From NCBI GenBank assembly GCA_040772005.1, contig JAXGYZ010000002.1:101546-165545 (forward strand): a stretch of DNA of 64,000 bases, in the 5' to 3' direction. Made by a program: the position numbers and the translations under genes. This stretch comes from Anaerolineae bacterium (GTDB lineage Bacteria; Chloroflexota; Anaerolineae; CG2-30-64-16). Positions 17,459 through 26,621 of this stretch are shown in pieces. Below the pieces are notes generated by a model. That model did no database searches. It had not been told where the DNA came from and was given only the letters and a program-made list of their open reading frames with translations. How positions within the stretch are numbered: the first letter of the stretch is position 1; the number at the start of each line of letters is the position of its first letter.

Positions 17459-18163
17459 TTGGCCGCGCGGGTGCTCCTGCTGATCGTGCTGGCGGCGGCC
17501 CTGCTCGCGCCGCTGTTGCTGTGGTGGGACGAGATCCAACACATCTTTGCGACGCGCAGCCAGGTCATTGCAGAGATTCAGGCCGCCGGCGCCTGGGGAC
17601 CGGTCGTGCTCATCGCGCTGGCGATCGCGCAGACGGTCGTTGCGCCCATCCCCGGCCAGATGGTCAACTTCGTCGCCGGCTACATCTACGGTCTGGGCGC
17701 TGGGTTCGTCTATAGCTGGCTGGGGCTGTTCCTGGGCACAGCCATCGCGATGGGGCTCGCGCGCCGGGCGGGCCGCCCGGTGGTAGAGCGGCTGGTTAGC
17801 CGGGGGCTGCTGGACCGGCTCGACCGGCTTGCCCACGAGCGCAGCCTGGGCTTCTTCTTCCTGTTCTTCCTGATCCCCGGCCTCCCGGATGACCTGTTGT
17901 GCTTTGCCGCGGGGCTAACGCGCCTGCCCCTGCGCATCCTCCTGCCGATGGCGGCGCTGGCGCGCATCCCCGGCCTGTTGGGCGCCGTCTGGCTCGGCGC
18001 GGAGGCCGAGAGCCTGCCGTGGCAGGTGTGGGTGGCCTTCAGTGTGCTGGGATTGGTCGCCGCGCTGCTGGTTTGGCGCTACGGCGAGCGGGTGCAGGAG
18101 GTGCTGCTGCGGCTGGCAGGTTCGCAAAGAAACGATACCGGGAGGCACGATGACCCAGGCTGA
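17459..18163 (+). CDS. DedA/TVP38 (SNARE-associated) family membrane protein
   Basis: Polytopic protein with the DedA core (IAQTVVAPIPGQMVNFVAGYIYGLGAGF). Confidence 0.6.
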   Translation: MAARVLLLIVLAAALLAPLLLWWDEIQHIFATRSQVIAEIQAAGAWGPVVLIALAIAQTVVAPIPGQMVNFVAGYIYGLGAGFVYSWLGLFLGTAIAMGLARRAGRPVVERLVSRGLLDRLDRLAHERSLGFFFLFFLIPGLPDDLLCFAAGLTRLPLRILLPMAALARIPGLLGAVWLGAEAESLPWQVWVAFSVLGLVAALLVWRYGERVQEVLLRLAGSQRNDTGRHDDPG

Positions 18164-18524
18164 GCGCGCTGACCGGCAAGACGAGGCCCCTGCGAAGCCT
18201 ACCGTCCGACAGCCGGCCCACGACCGCACCTCGGACCGTGCATCAGACGACGATAGTTATTGTTGGGTCTGTGGCGGGCCGGTGAGCAAGCGTCACTGCA
18301 AGATCGTCTGCCTGCGGTGTGGATTTAGGGTGCGCTTCACGTTGGGGGCGCGGCCAGCGCGGATAAACGAATGCGCTGGCGCGCCACGAATACGCGAATC
18401 GTGTGCGCCGCGGCGGGATATTCGTGTATCCGTGCCCAGCGCCATTCGCGTATTCGCGATGGCCGCGTTCGCCCCCAGTATGAAACGCGCCCGTGGATTT
18501 ATGCGCGATTGTAGTGATCCCTGA
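18150..18524 (+). CDS. small zinc-ribbon protein (CxxC ... CxxC)
   Basis: ATG with GGAGG ribosome-binding site. CWVCGGP ... CKIVCLRCG forms a four-Cys ribbon. The C-terminal half runs through a lower-GC region containing a 15-bp inverted repeat (cgaatacgcgaatcg / cgattcgcgtattcg), so the real stop may be earlier. Confidence 0.3.
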   Translation: MTQAERADRQDEAPAKPTVRQPAHDRTSDRASDDDSYCWVCGGPVSKRHCKIVCLRCGFRVRFTLGARPARINECAGAPRIRESCAPRRDIRVSVPSAIRVFAMAAFAPSMKRARGFMRDCSDP

Positions 18525-18610
18525 TTAGTGATATAGTAAACACATCAAGACCTGACAGCAGACTACTGCCTGAATGAGCCGCAGCTACCGCACGTCACGA
18601 GGAGGTGCCG

Positions 18611-19126
18611 ATGGAGCTTTCCGAACTCATCCATGCTCGCCGGTCCGTCCGGGCATACCAGGACCGTCCGGTGGAAGCCGAAAAGGTCAAGACACTGCTC
18701 GAGTTGATCAACCGGGCGCCGTCCGCCGGCAACCTGCAGGCCTACGAAATCTACCAGGTTGCCGCACCGCGCATCCGGGCAGCCCTTGCCCACGCCGCGC
18801 ATCAGCCGTTCATCGCCCAGGCGCCCCTGATTCTCGTCTTCTTCGCCAACCCCGGCCGCTCGTCGCGCAAGTACGGCACGCGCGGCAAGGAGCTCTATGC
18901 GCTCCAGGATGCCACGATCGCGGCCACCTATGCGATGCTTGTGGCACAGGACCTCGGACTGAGCACGGTCTGGATCGGTGCGTTCAACGATGCAGATGTG
19001 ACCGCCGCGGTTTCGGCGCCGGCTGATTGGGTGCCGGTCGCCGTGCTGCCGATCGGCTATGCCGCGGAGATGCCTGACGCGTCCCCGCGCCGCGGCCTGA
19101 CCGAGCTGGTGCATCATCTGGACTGA
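18611..19126 (+). CDS. nitroreductase-family flavoprotein
   Basis: Nitroreductase fold N-terminus (LIHARRSVRAYQDRPV) and the conserved AxxAPSxxNxQ motif; ATG 18611 with GGAGG ribosome-binding site. Confidence 0.7.
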   Translation: MELSELIHARRSVRAYQDRPVEAEKVKTLLELINRAPSAGNLQAYEIYQVAAPRIRAALAHAAHQPFIAQAPLILVFFANPGRSSRKYGTRGKELYALQDATIAATYAMLVAQDLGLSTVWIGAFNDADVTAAVSAPADWVPVAVLPIGYAAEMPDASPRRGLTELVHHLD

Positions 19127-19315
19127 GCGCAGAGGGATTAAAACACGAACGCCGGGGTTGACTGGTGGCCCCGACGTTCGTGCGCAAAGGAGGAGGAAGA
19201 ATCTAGGCATAAAGTACCATACGTTCCAGTGACCGCCAGTGATTCTGCTTACGATTGGTTTGGGGCTAAAGACCGGCGGACACAAGACCCGCCCCAGCAA
19301 TTCTCCGATAGATCT

Positions 19316-20383
19316 TTATATCACTTCGATGCCCGTACCCTCCACGACCTCACCGATCACCCAGGCCCCTTGCTCTGCGCGTGCGCAATCGGCCAGGAAG
19401 TCATCCAATCGCGCCTCCGGCACGGCCAGCAGCAGGCCGCCCGACGTCTGTGCATCGTGCAGCAGCATCTCCTCCCAGTCTGCCAGGGGGATCTTGTACG
19501 CGACATGCGGGTTGTAGAACGCATGGTTATTGAGTGTGCCGCCGGGAAAGATGAACTGCTGCGCATACTCGGCCGCGCCCGGCAGCCACGGCAGAGCCAG
19601 GAACCGGATGCGCAGGCAGACGCCCGCAGCCTCGGCCATCTCAAGGGCATGCCCCACCAAGCCAAAGCCGGTGATGTCCGTCGCACCTCGAACGTCCGCG
19701 ACCCTGGCCGCGCGTGAGGCGGCGCGATTGAGCCGCATCATGCTCGTAATGGCTGCGTCAAGGTGCTCCTGTGCAGCCTGCCCGCGCTTGACCGCGGTTG
19801 TGATGGTGCCCGTGCCCAGCGGTTTCGTCAGCACCAGCCGGTCACCGGCCCGCGCGCCGCCCTTCGCAAAGATGCGGTCCGGATGGACGAGACCGGTCAC
19901 GGCTAGCCCGTATTTCGGCTCCTTATCCTGGATAGTGTGGCCGCCCGCGACGGCCGCGCCCGCGGAGCGCACGACGTCCGCGCCCCCGCGCAGGATGTCT
20001 GCCAGGAGGTCGGCGGGCAGGTCGGGCGGGAACGCGGCGATGTTCAGCGCAAACAGCACCTCCCCGCCCATCGCGTAGATGTCGCTCAGCGCGTTGGCAG
20101 CCGCAATCGCGCCGTACTCGTAGGGCGTATCCACGACCGGCGTGAAGAAATCAAGCGTCTGAATGAGCGCCTGCTCGTCATTGAGCCGGTACACCGCGGC
20201 GTCATCCGGCGCGCCCAGCCCGACCAACAAGTTCGGGAATTCGGCGGGCGGAAATAGATTGTCCAGTGAGCGCAAGACCTGCGCCAGCTGCTCAGGCGGC
20301 AGCTTGGACGCTCAGCCCGCGCACGAGCTGAGGCTCGTGAGTTTGATGATTTGTTCGCGTGTCAAGAGAGGCGGCTCCTTCAT
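19316..20383 (-). CDS. selD: selenide,water dikinase SelD, selenocysteine-containing (in-frame UGA read as Sec)
   Basis: The tool ORF (319 aa) lacks the SelD N-terminus. Extending upstream in frame through TGA (plus coordinates 20312-20314) gives MKEPPLLTREQIIKLTSLSSCAG-U-ASKLPPEQ. The TGA aligns with the catalytic Cys/Sec position of the SelD glycine-rich N-terminal motif. ATG 20383 is preceded by an AAGGAG ribosome-binding site. Confidence 0.7.
20276..20311 (-). promoter_or_regulatory. putative SECIS hairpin downstream of the selD UGA
   Basis: mRNA segment GCGUCCAAGCUGCCGCCUGAGCAGCUGGCG contains the stem AGCUGC/GCAGCU with a 7-nt loop starting about 8 nt after the UGA. Confidence 0.35.
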
Positions 20384-20581
20384 ATGGTTGGCACATCCGG
20401 ACGGGGGGCTCCACCCTGCATCCTTCGACTGGCGGCCTTTCGCCCCTTGCGTTGAGCCGTTCACCCGCTCAGGATGCGTCTTTCGTCCATCGTCCATCGT
20501 CGACCGTCATTATACCCGCGCACAGAGGCCGGGGCCAATCATGCTATAATGTCGCGTATCCCAGTATGAGGTGACAGATTC

Positions 20582-22084
20582 ATGGATGTCCTCTTGATGC
20601 ACCCCAACGATAATGTGCTGCAGGCAGTGGCGCCCCTGGCAGCCGGGCATGTCGTCCATGTGGCGGGACTGCCGTTGGCGCTCGCCGCGGCCATCCCGTC
20701 CGGTCACAAGGTCGCGCGGCGCGCCATTGCGGCGGGCGACCTCATCGTTAAGTACGGCCAGCCCATCGGCCGCGCCATCGCGGATATCGCGGCGGGCGAG
20801 CATGTCCATGTACACAACGTCGAGAGCCTGCGCGGCCGCGGCGACCTGCCCGCGGACCTCGTGCCCCTGGTGAAGGGCGATGCCTCGGTCAAGGCCAAAG
20901 CCACGTTCGAGGGCGAATTGCCCGTCACCTCGTTCATGGGCTATCGGCGCCGTGACGGCCGGGTGGGCGTGCGCAACTACGTCCTGGTGATGTCCACGGT
21001 GCAGTGCGCGAACGGCGCGGTCCGGCGCATCGGCCAGGCGCTGCCCGACGTGGTGGCGATCCCGCACATCTACGGGTGCAGCCAGCTCGGGGATGACCTG
21101 GCACAGACGCGGCGTACGCTGGAGGGCTTTGCGGACCATCCCAACGTGGCCGCCGTACTCCTGGTCAGCCTGGGCTGTGAGTCGCTGGCCTCGGTCGAGA
21201 TGGCCGAGCAGCTCAAGGCGCGCGGCGTCAACTGTGAACTCATCGGCGTGCAGGAGTCCGGTGGGACTGCGCAGACCATTGCTCGCGGCACGGCCATCGC
21301 GCGGGAGATGCTCGATGCGGCGGCCCGCGTGCCGCGCGAGCCGGTCAGCCTGGCGGAGCTGACGGTGGGAGTCGAATGCGGCGGTTCCGATGCCTGGTCG
21401 GGCGTGACGGCCAACCCGGCCCTCGGCGTGGCGAGCGATATGCTCGTGCAGGCCGGCGGCACGGTTATCCTGTCGGAGACGCCGGAATTCATCGGCGCGG
21501 AGCATCTGCTCGTCGCGCGCGCAGCTTCGCCGGAGGTCGGCGCGCAGATCGACGCGGCGGTAGCGCGCTGGGAGGGTGAGGCGCGGCGCATGGGTGTGGA
21601 TATGCGCGGCGCGCAGCCGACACCGGGTAACATCGCGGGTGGGCTGACGACCATCGAGGAGAAGTCGTTGGGCGCGATTCAGAAGGGCGGCAGCACGACC
21701 GTGCAGGAGTTCACCGGTTACTCGTGCCGTCCGACGCGGCGCGGGTTGGTGCTGATGGACACCCCCGGCAACGACCCGGAGTCGGTGACCGCGATGGTCG
21801 CGGGCGGCGCGCAGGTGGTCGTCTTCACGACCGGCCGCGGCTCACCCGCAGGCTGCCCCATCGCGCCCGTCATCAAGGTGGCGACGAATACCGAGATGGC
21901 CCGGCGGATGGCCGACGACATGGACATCGACGCAGGTACGGTCATCAGCGCGGGCGAGCCGCTCACCGGCGTAGGACAGCGCATCTTCCAGGAGATTGTG
22001 ACCGTCGCGAACGGCAAGCTGACCCGCGCGGAGGAATGGGGCAACGCGGAGTTCTCGATCAACCTGATCGGACCGCGCATGTAG
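20582..22084 (+). CDS. UxaA-family (altronate / galactarate) dehydratase
   Basis: N-terminal SAF domain plus C-terminal GD_AH_C domain motifs (GCESLAS ... LMDTPGNDPESVTAMVAGGAQVVVFTTGRGS); 500 aa. Confidence 0.65.
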   Translation: MDVLLMHPNDNVLQAVAPLAAGHVVHVAGLPLALAAAIPSGHKVARRAIAAGDLIVKYGQPIGRAIADIAAGEHVHVHNVESLRGRGDLPADLVPLVKGDASVKAKATFEGELPVTSFMGYRRRDGRVGVRNYVLVMSTVQCANGAVRRIGQALPDVVAIPHIYGCSQLGDDLAQTRRTLEGFADHPNVAAVLLVSLGCESLASVEMAEQLKARGVNCELIGVQESGGTAQTIARGTAIAREMLDAAARVPREPVSLAELTVGVECGGSDAWSGVTANPALGVASDMLVQAGGTVILSETPEFIGAEHLLVARAASPEVGAQIDAAVARWEGEARRMGVDMRGAQPTPGNIAGGLTTIEEKSLGAIQKGGSTTVQEFTGYSCRPTRRGLVLMDTPGNDPESVTAMVAGGAQVVVFTTGRGSPAGCPIAPVIKVATNTEMARRMADDMDIDAGTVISAGEPLTGVGQRIFQEIVTVANGKLTRAEEWGNAEFSINLIGPRM

Positions 22085-22128
22085 CGACTCTGCCACGCAT
22101 GGCATGAAGGGCATGTGGAGGCCCTCCT

Positions 22129-22881
22129 ATGCTCACATCCAGATACACACGAGGCCGTTGCACGACTGCGTGCGCCGTCCGCCGCGCGGTGATCGTCCTG
22201 CTGCTGGCCGCGGCGCTGCTCACTGCGTGCGTCCCTGTGCCGGCCGCCGAGCCGACAGCCGCACCGCCATCCGCCAGACAGGCGAGCGCGGCGCCCGAAA
22301 TCGTATCCGATTGCGACCTGACGCCCGTCGCGCAGCCGACCATGCCTGCGGAAATCCCCGGTTACGTGCAGCAGGACCCGGCCACCGGCCTGCACATGAC
22401 GGGTCGGCCCCAACTCATAGAGCTGGCAACTTACCGGCTTCAGGTCACGGGGCTGGTGGACCGCCCGCTGAGTCTCACCTATGACGAGCTGCGCTGCATG
22501 CCGAAGGTGGTGCAGGAGTGCAAGTTGGTGTGTCCGGGGTTCTTTCAGGACATCGCGACGTGGGGCGGCGTGCCGCTCAACTATGTGCTGGGCCTGGCAG
22601 GCGTCCAGCCGGACGCGCAGTACATCCTGATGGTCAGCGCGGACGGCTATTGGACCTCGCTGCCGCTGGGCGATGCGCTGGCGCAGGAGAACTTCCTGGC
22701 CTACGAGCAGACCGGCAAGCCGTTGCCCGTGTTGCACGGGTTCCCGGTGCGTGCGGTGCTGCCCCTCCAGCCCGGAGGCAAGTGGGTCAAGTGGTTGGTA
22801 GAAATCCAGGTGCTGGAGGCCGAGCCGCGGCTGGGTCCGGATCCTTCGCTCGTATTTCCGACTGCGGAGCCTGGAAGTTAA
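22129..22881 (+). CDS. molybdopterin-binding oxidoreductase-like lipoprotein (MsrP/YedY-type Oxidored_molyb domain)
   Basis: Lipoprotein signal (LLAAALLTAC), then the domain pattern LSLTYDELRCMPKVVQECKLVCPGFFQDIATWGGVPLNYVL ... GFPVRAVLPLQPGGKWVKWLVEIQV. Confidence 0.5.
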   Translation: MLTSRYTRGRCTTACAVRRAVIVLLLAAALLTACVPVPAAEPTAAPPSARQASAAPEIVSDCDLTPVAQPTMPAEIPGYVQQDPATGLHMTGRPQLIELATYRLQVTGLVDRPLSLTYDELRCMPKVVQECKLVCPGFFQDIATWGGVPLNYVLGLAGVQPDAQYILMVSADGYWTSLPLGDALAQENFLAYEQTGKPLPVLHGFPVRAVLPLQPGGKWVKWLVEIQVLEAEPRLGPDPSLVFPTAEPGS

Positions 22882-22934
22882 TCGCGCGGAGACGCAAAGA
22901 ACGCAAAGTCTATTTTAGATTATTGAATCCGGGA

Positions 22935-22978
22935 CAAAGAAAAGACCTTCGAGGCCGCGCCAGGCTATGCCTGACCTG
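22935..22978. terminator. bidirectional hairpin terminator between convergent genes
   Basis: aaaagaccttcgagg ... cctcgaaggtcttac is a 12-bp perfect stem flanked by A/T runs on both sides. Confidence 0.5.
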
Positions 22979-23033
22979 CGACCTCGAAGGTCTTACTTTC
23001 GGATTGCGCTATGGACGTCGGCTAGTAGTGGTT

Positions 23034-23648
23034 CTATTCGTGTCCGTTATAGGCCATAGCCGGCTGCCAGACTTCCCAGACCTTGCCGACGAGCTTGGGG
23101 CCCGGGGTCAGGGTGGTCCCGCCCGGCTGCCAGCCCGAGGGCATGACTTCGCCGGTGGCGCGGGTGTGCTGGAAGGCCTTGACCTGCCGGATCAGCTCGG
23201 ATACGCTGCGGCCAACGCTCGGCGTCAGCACCTCCATCCCCTGGATGATGCCATCCGGGTCGATGATGAAGCGCCCGCGGATGTCGACGCCTGCATCCTC
23301 GTCATAGACGCCATAGGCCTGTCCGATCTTGCCGCCGCCATCGGACAGCATCGGGAACGGAATACCTTCGGGCGTCATCTTCGCGAGTTCTTCTTCGTGC
23401 CAGATCTTGTGTACGAAGCGGCTATCGGTGCTCAACGAGAGGACTTGGACGTCGAGGGCCTGGAGTTCGGGGTATTTGACGGCAACTGCCGACAACTCAG
23501 TCGGTCAGACAAACGTGAAGTCGCCGGGGTAAAAGCAGACGACTACCCAATGGCCCTTGTAGTCCGACAGTTTGACATTCTGGAATCCGCCCTTGAAATA
23601 GGCCGCGGCCTCGAAATCCGGGGCGGGTTTACCGACACGTGCAAGCAT
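23034..23648 (-). CDS. 2-Cys peroxiredoxin (AhpC/Prx1 family) with selenocysteine at the peroxidatic position
   Basis: Two adjacent tool ORFs (23505-23765 and 23034-23495) are one gene split by an in-frame TGA at 23505-23507. The joined sequence reads GDFTFV-U-PTEL, the universal Prx motif FTFVCPTE with Cys replaced by UGA. The resolving-Cys region and the rest of the thioredoxin fold follow. Start taken at ATG 23648 ([14 protein letters not shown]). Confidence 0.65.
23481..23504 (-). promoter_or_regulatory. SECIS-like hairpin immediately 3' of the peroxiredoxin UGA
   Basis: UGA-CCGACUGAGUUGUCGG-CAGUUGCC: stem CCGAC/GUCGG with a 6-nt loop right after the UGA, plus a second small stem GGCAGUUGCC. 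Confidence 0.4.
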
Positions 23649-23919
23649 TTTGGGCGCCTCCTGTGTGGGGGTGACTGGCGCGGCCGTGGGAGCACTCTCG
23701 CTTGAGATGATCCCCTTTGCCGGCTTGACGCACGAGTCCTTCGGTTCGACCTGTGGTGTGGTCACTCATGGCCTCCTTTCGTGCGATGCGATAGAACCAC
23801 TGGTGACAGAATACACGAAAGTCGACAGTGTTACTATGATATCGCGCAGGTAATCGCAAACCGTTCGCAGCAGCAGGGATCGCCCGATAAATCGTTGTAG
23901 GCGCGGAAAGCCCGCGCCT

Positions 23920-24058
23920 AAACCGATTCCAGAGTGAATGCCCCGGTCAGAACTGAGACAGGATTGACAGGATTGACGGGATTACTCTTGTAAATCCTGT
24001 CAATCCTGTCCAGAATCGCCGCTGGTTTTCACATTGGACTGAGTATAGGTGGCGCGGG
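23920..24058 (+). repeat. about 139-bp structured repeat element, copy A (family of three in this window)
   Basis: aaaccgattccagagtga...gtcagaactgag, then (GACAGGATT)x3 ... (AATCCTGTC)x3 forming a 27-bp-stem hairpin, then cagaatcgcc-CTCTGG-ttttcacattggactgagtatag. More than 90% identical to 60454-60592 and to the reverse complement of 61874-62002. Confidence 0.7.
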
Positions 24059-24084
24059 CTGTGTCATTCCGGTCGGCGCCGGGG

Positions 24085-25137
24085 CTATGCAGGCGCGCCC
24101 GCCTTCGCCGGCAACGGCTCGGCCGCACCGACTGACCCGGCTGGGGGCGCCGGCTCGATGACCGGGCGGGGGTACAGCCCCAACTGCTTGACGATTTCGG
24201 GTACGGCGGCCGGCCAGTTGACGGCCATGATGTGCAGCCCGGCCACGCCTTCGATGCCGCGCACCTGCTCGGCAACTTCCAGGCAGATGTCCATGCCGGC
24301 CTTCTGCTGATCTTCTTTCGACAGGCCGGCCATGCGCGCCACGATGGCGTCCGGCACATCCATGCCCGCGACTTCCGTCTTCATGTACTCCGCTACGCGC
24401 ACCGACTTCATCGGCCCGACGCCTGCCAGGATAGCAACCTTTTCGTGTAACCCCAGGTCCACCACGCGGCGCATGAACTCGCGGAAGCGATCCACGTTGT
24501 AGATGAGCTGCGTCTGGATGAACTGAGCGCCCGCAACAACCTTCTTCGCCAGGCGCATGGGCCGGTAGTCGTAGGGCGGCGCAAACGGATTCTCGACTGC
24601 ACCGATGAAGATGTCGGGCGCAAACTTGGGAATCTGCTTGTTGTTTTCGAACACCCGATTGTTGCGCATCATGCGCGCGATGCGAATCAGGTTGATCGAG
24701 TCGATGTCGTAGACCGGCTTGCACTGCGGGTGATCGCCCCAGATGGGATGGTCGCCGCTCAGGAACAGCATCGTGTTGATGCCGAACACCGAGGCGCCGA
24801 GGATGTCGCCCTGGATGCCCAGCCGGTTGCGGTCGCGGCAGGTGAACTGCACGACCGGCTCCATGCCCGCCTGCTTGAGCATGATGCTCACGGCCAGGCT
24901 GGAGACGTGCACCATCGCGGACTGGTTATCGGTGACGTTGTACGCATCGCCGTAGCCGCGCAGGGTCTTGATCTCGCGCTGGATGGCTTCGAGGTTGGGG
25001 CCGACGGGCGGCGAGACCTCGACGCAGACGGCGAAGTGGCCGGCCTTCAGCACCTTCGCCAGGTTGCTGCTTGCGCCGGTCAATCCGGTCTGGATCACCT
25101 CGGCGGGCGCCGGAATGGGAGGGGTCGGTGCGTTCAT
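24085..25137 (-). CDS. metF: 5,10-methylenetetrahydrofolate reductase MetF
   Basis: Start ATG 25137 (MNAPTPP). MTHFR TIM-barrel motifs (FAVCVEVSPP ... RDRNRLGIQGDILGA ... FLSGDHP). The tool's 465-aa ORF is a 5' over-extension into the metV frame region. Confidence 0.75.
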   Translation of the reverse strand: MNAPTPPIPAPAEVIQTGLTGASSNLAKVLKAGHFAVCVEVSPPVGPNLEAIQREIKTLRGYGDAYNVTDNQSAMVHVSSLAVSIMLKQAGMEPVVQFTCRDRNRLGIQGDILGASVFGINTMLFLSGDHPIWGDHPQCKPVYDIDSINLIRIARMMRNNRVFENNKQIPKFAPDIFIGAVENPFAPPYDYRPMRLAKKVVAGAQFIQTQLIYNVDRFREFMRRVVDLGLHEKVAILAGVGPMKSVRVAEYMKTEVAGMDVPDAIVARMAGLSKEDQQKAGMDICLEVAEQVRGIEGVAGLHIMAVNWPAAVPEIVKQLGLYPRPVIEPAPPAGSVGAAEPLPAKAGAPA

Positions 25138-25661
25138 CGTGATGCCTCCTGCCCACCCTGGCCGTTGCGCTTCAGTGACTCGGTGGCGTAGCGCATCTTC
25201 GTATCGCTGCCGGTCGTGACCTGGTCGCGCCCCAGCGCAAACGTCACCCACGACGCCTGGCCCTTGAGCCGCCAGTCCACCGGCGGATTCAGGCGGTAGA
25301 TTTCCTGCGCGTAGGGCGTCTTCGCCGCGCGGCGGACTGCTGCCACCCAGACGCACTCCATCTCCGGCTTGACCTCGCAGTTGCCGTTCAGCCGCACACC
25401 GCCGCACGGGCCGTTGCGCAGGTTCTTCGGGCAGTTCATGGGACAGGTCATGCCCGAATAGTGCAGGACGCACTGGGCGCAATCCTGGCAGTTGAACAGC
25501 GCGCCCTTGATCAGCTCCTCCGGCAGCTTGACGATGCGCGAGGAGCGCTCCATGCCGACGCGCTCAAACAGCGGCCGCATCAGCAGAAGCACCTTTTCGG
25601 TCAGTTTCCAGGCCCATACCAGCGGCATGGGCCGGTCCTGGATATAGCTGCGTAATGACAT
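25134..25661 (-). CDS. metV: MTHFR C-terminal-domain zinc-ribbon protein (MetV-like small subunit)
   Basis: Cys-rich pattern (CQDCAQCVLHYSGMTCPMNCPKNLRNGPCGG) of the MetV partner found beside metF in acetogen-type Wood-Ljungdahl clusters; ATGA overlap with metF. Confidence 0.65.
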   Translation of the reverse strand: MSLRSYIQDRPMPLVWAWKLTEKVLLLMRPLFERVGMERSSRIVKLPEELIKGALFNCQDCAQCVLHYSGMTCPMNCPKNLRNGPCGGVRLNGNCEVKPEMECVWVAAVRRAAKTPYAQEIYRLNPPVDWRLKGQASWVTFALGRDQVTTGSDTKMRYATESLKRNGQGGQEASR

Positions 25662-25716
25662 CTATGTGGCTCCTCGGCTCTTGGGGCTAGAATCGCCCGG
25701 CGCAGTCGTCCGGCGA

Positions 25717-26604
25717 TTACGCGTCAATGTCATGTTGTAGTTTGAACCCGCGGACCGTGTTCTGCAAGAGCATGGCAATGGTCATCGGGCCTACGCCGCC
25801 GGGCACGGGTGTAATTGCGCCCGCCACCTCGAGGGCCTCACTGTAGCAGACATCGCCGACGAGCCGGAACCCGCTCTTCTTGGAAGGGTCCTCGATGCGG
25901 TTGATGCCCACATCGATGACCGCCGCGCCGGGCTTGATCCAGTCGCCGCGCACGAATTCGGGCCGGCCGATCGCGGCCACGACGATATCCGCGCGGCGCA
26001 CGATGTCCGGCAGGTTCTTGGTGCGGCTGTGGCAGATGGTCACGGTCGCGTCTGCGTTGTTCAGCAGCGCCGCAACCGGGATGCCGACGATGTTGCTGCG
26101 GCCCACGACGACCGCATCCGCGCCCGCAATGGTGATGCCGGAGCGGATAAGCAGCTCAATGCAACCGGCGGGGGTGCAAGGGATAAACTGCGGCACGCGG
26201 CCCTTCATCACCAACTGGCCGATGTTCATGGGATGGAACCCATCCACATCTTTGTTCAGGCTGATGAGGTCCAGCACGCTCTGTTCATTCAGTCCCTTCG
26301 GCAGCGGCAACTGGACGAGGATGCCGTTGATGACCGGGTCCGCGTTGAGCGCGCGCACCAGTTCCTCGACTTCCTGTTGGGTCGCCGTCGCCGGCAGGCG
26401 ATGGGTGACGGAACCCAAGCCTGCGGCCTCACACGCCTTGCCCTTGGAGCTGACGTAGGTCTGCGAGGCCGGGTTGTCGCCCACCAGCACCGCAGCCAGC
26501 GTCGGAACCGTGCCATATTGCTGCCTCAGCACGGCGACTTCATCCGCAGCTTCCTGGCGAACGGCCTCCGCGATCGCCTTCCCGTCGATAATCTTGGCTG
26601 TCAT
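25717..26604 (-). CDS. folD: bifunctional methylene-THF dehydrogenase / methenyl-THF cyclohydrolase FolD
   Basis: MTAKIIDGKAIA ... SQTYVSSKGKACEAAGL ... GRSNIVGIPVAALL; 295 aa, canonical FolD. Confidence 0.8.
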   Translation of the reverse strand: MTAKIIDGKAIAEAVRQEAADEVAVLRQQYGTVPTLAAVLVGDNPASQTYVSSKGKACEAAGLGSVTHRLPATATQQEVEELVRALNADPVINGILVQLPLPKGLNEQSVLDLISLNKDVDGFHPMNIGQLVMKGRVPQFIPCTPAGCIELLIRSGITIAGADAVVVGRSNIVGIPVAALLNNADATVTICHSRTKNLPDIVRRADIVVAAIGRPEFVRGDWIKPGAAVIDVGINRIEDPSKKSGFRLVGDVCYSEALEVAGAITPVPGGVGPMTIAMLLQNTVRGFKLQHDIDA

Positions 26605-26621
26605 GCAAGCTCCTTCTTCTG

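Noticed and set aside
24000-24359. Small ORFs ending in ...YTQSNVKTSGDSGQD (24000-24359, and 60534-60740)
   Set aside because: The shared C-terminal peptide is just the translation of the 139-bp repeat element. These are not protein-coding genes.
24085-25482. Single 465-aa ORF covering metF and part of metV
   Set aside because: The 5' 345 nt are an over-extension. The real metF start is ATG 25137 (ATGA-coupled to the metV stop), and the upstream region is occupied by metV in another frame.
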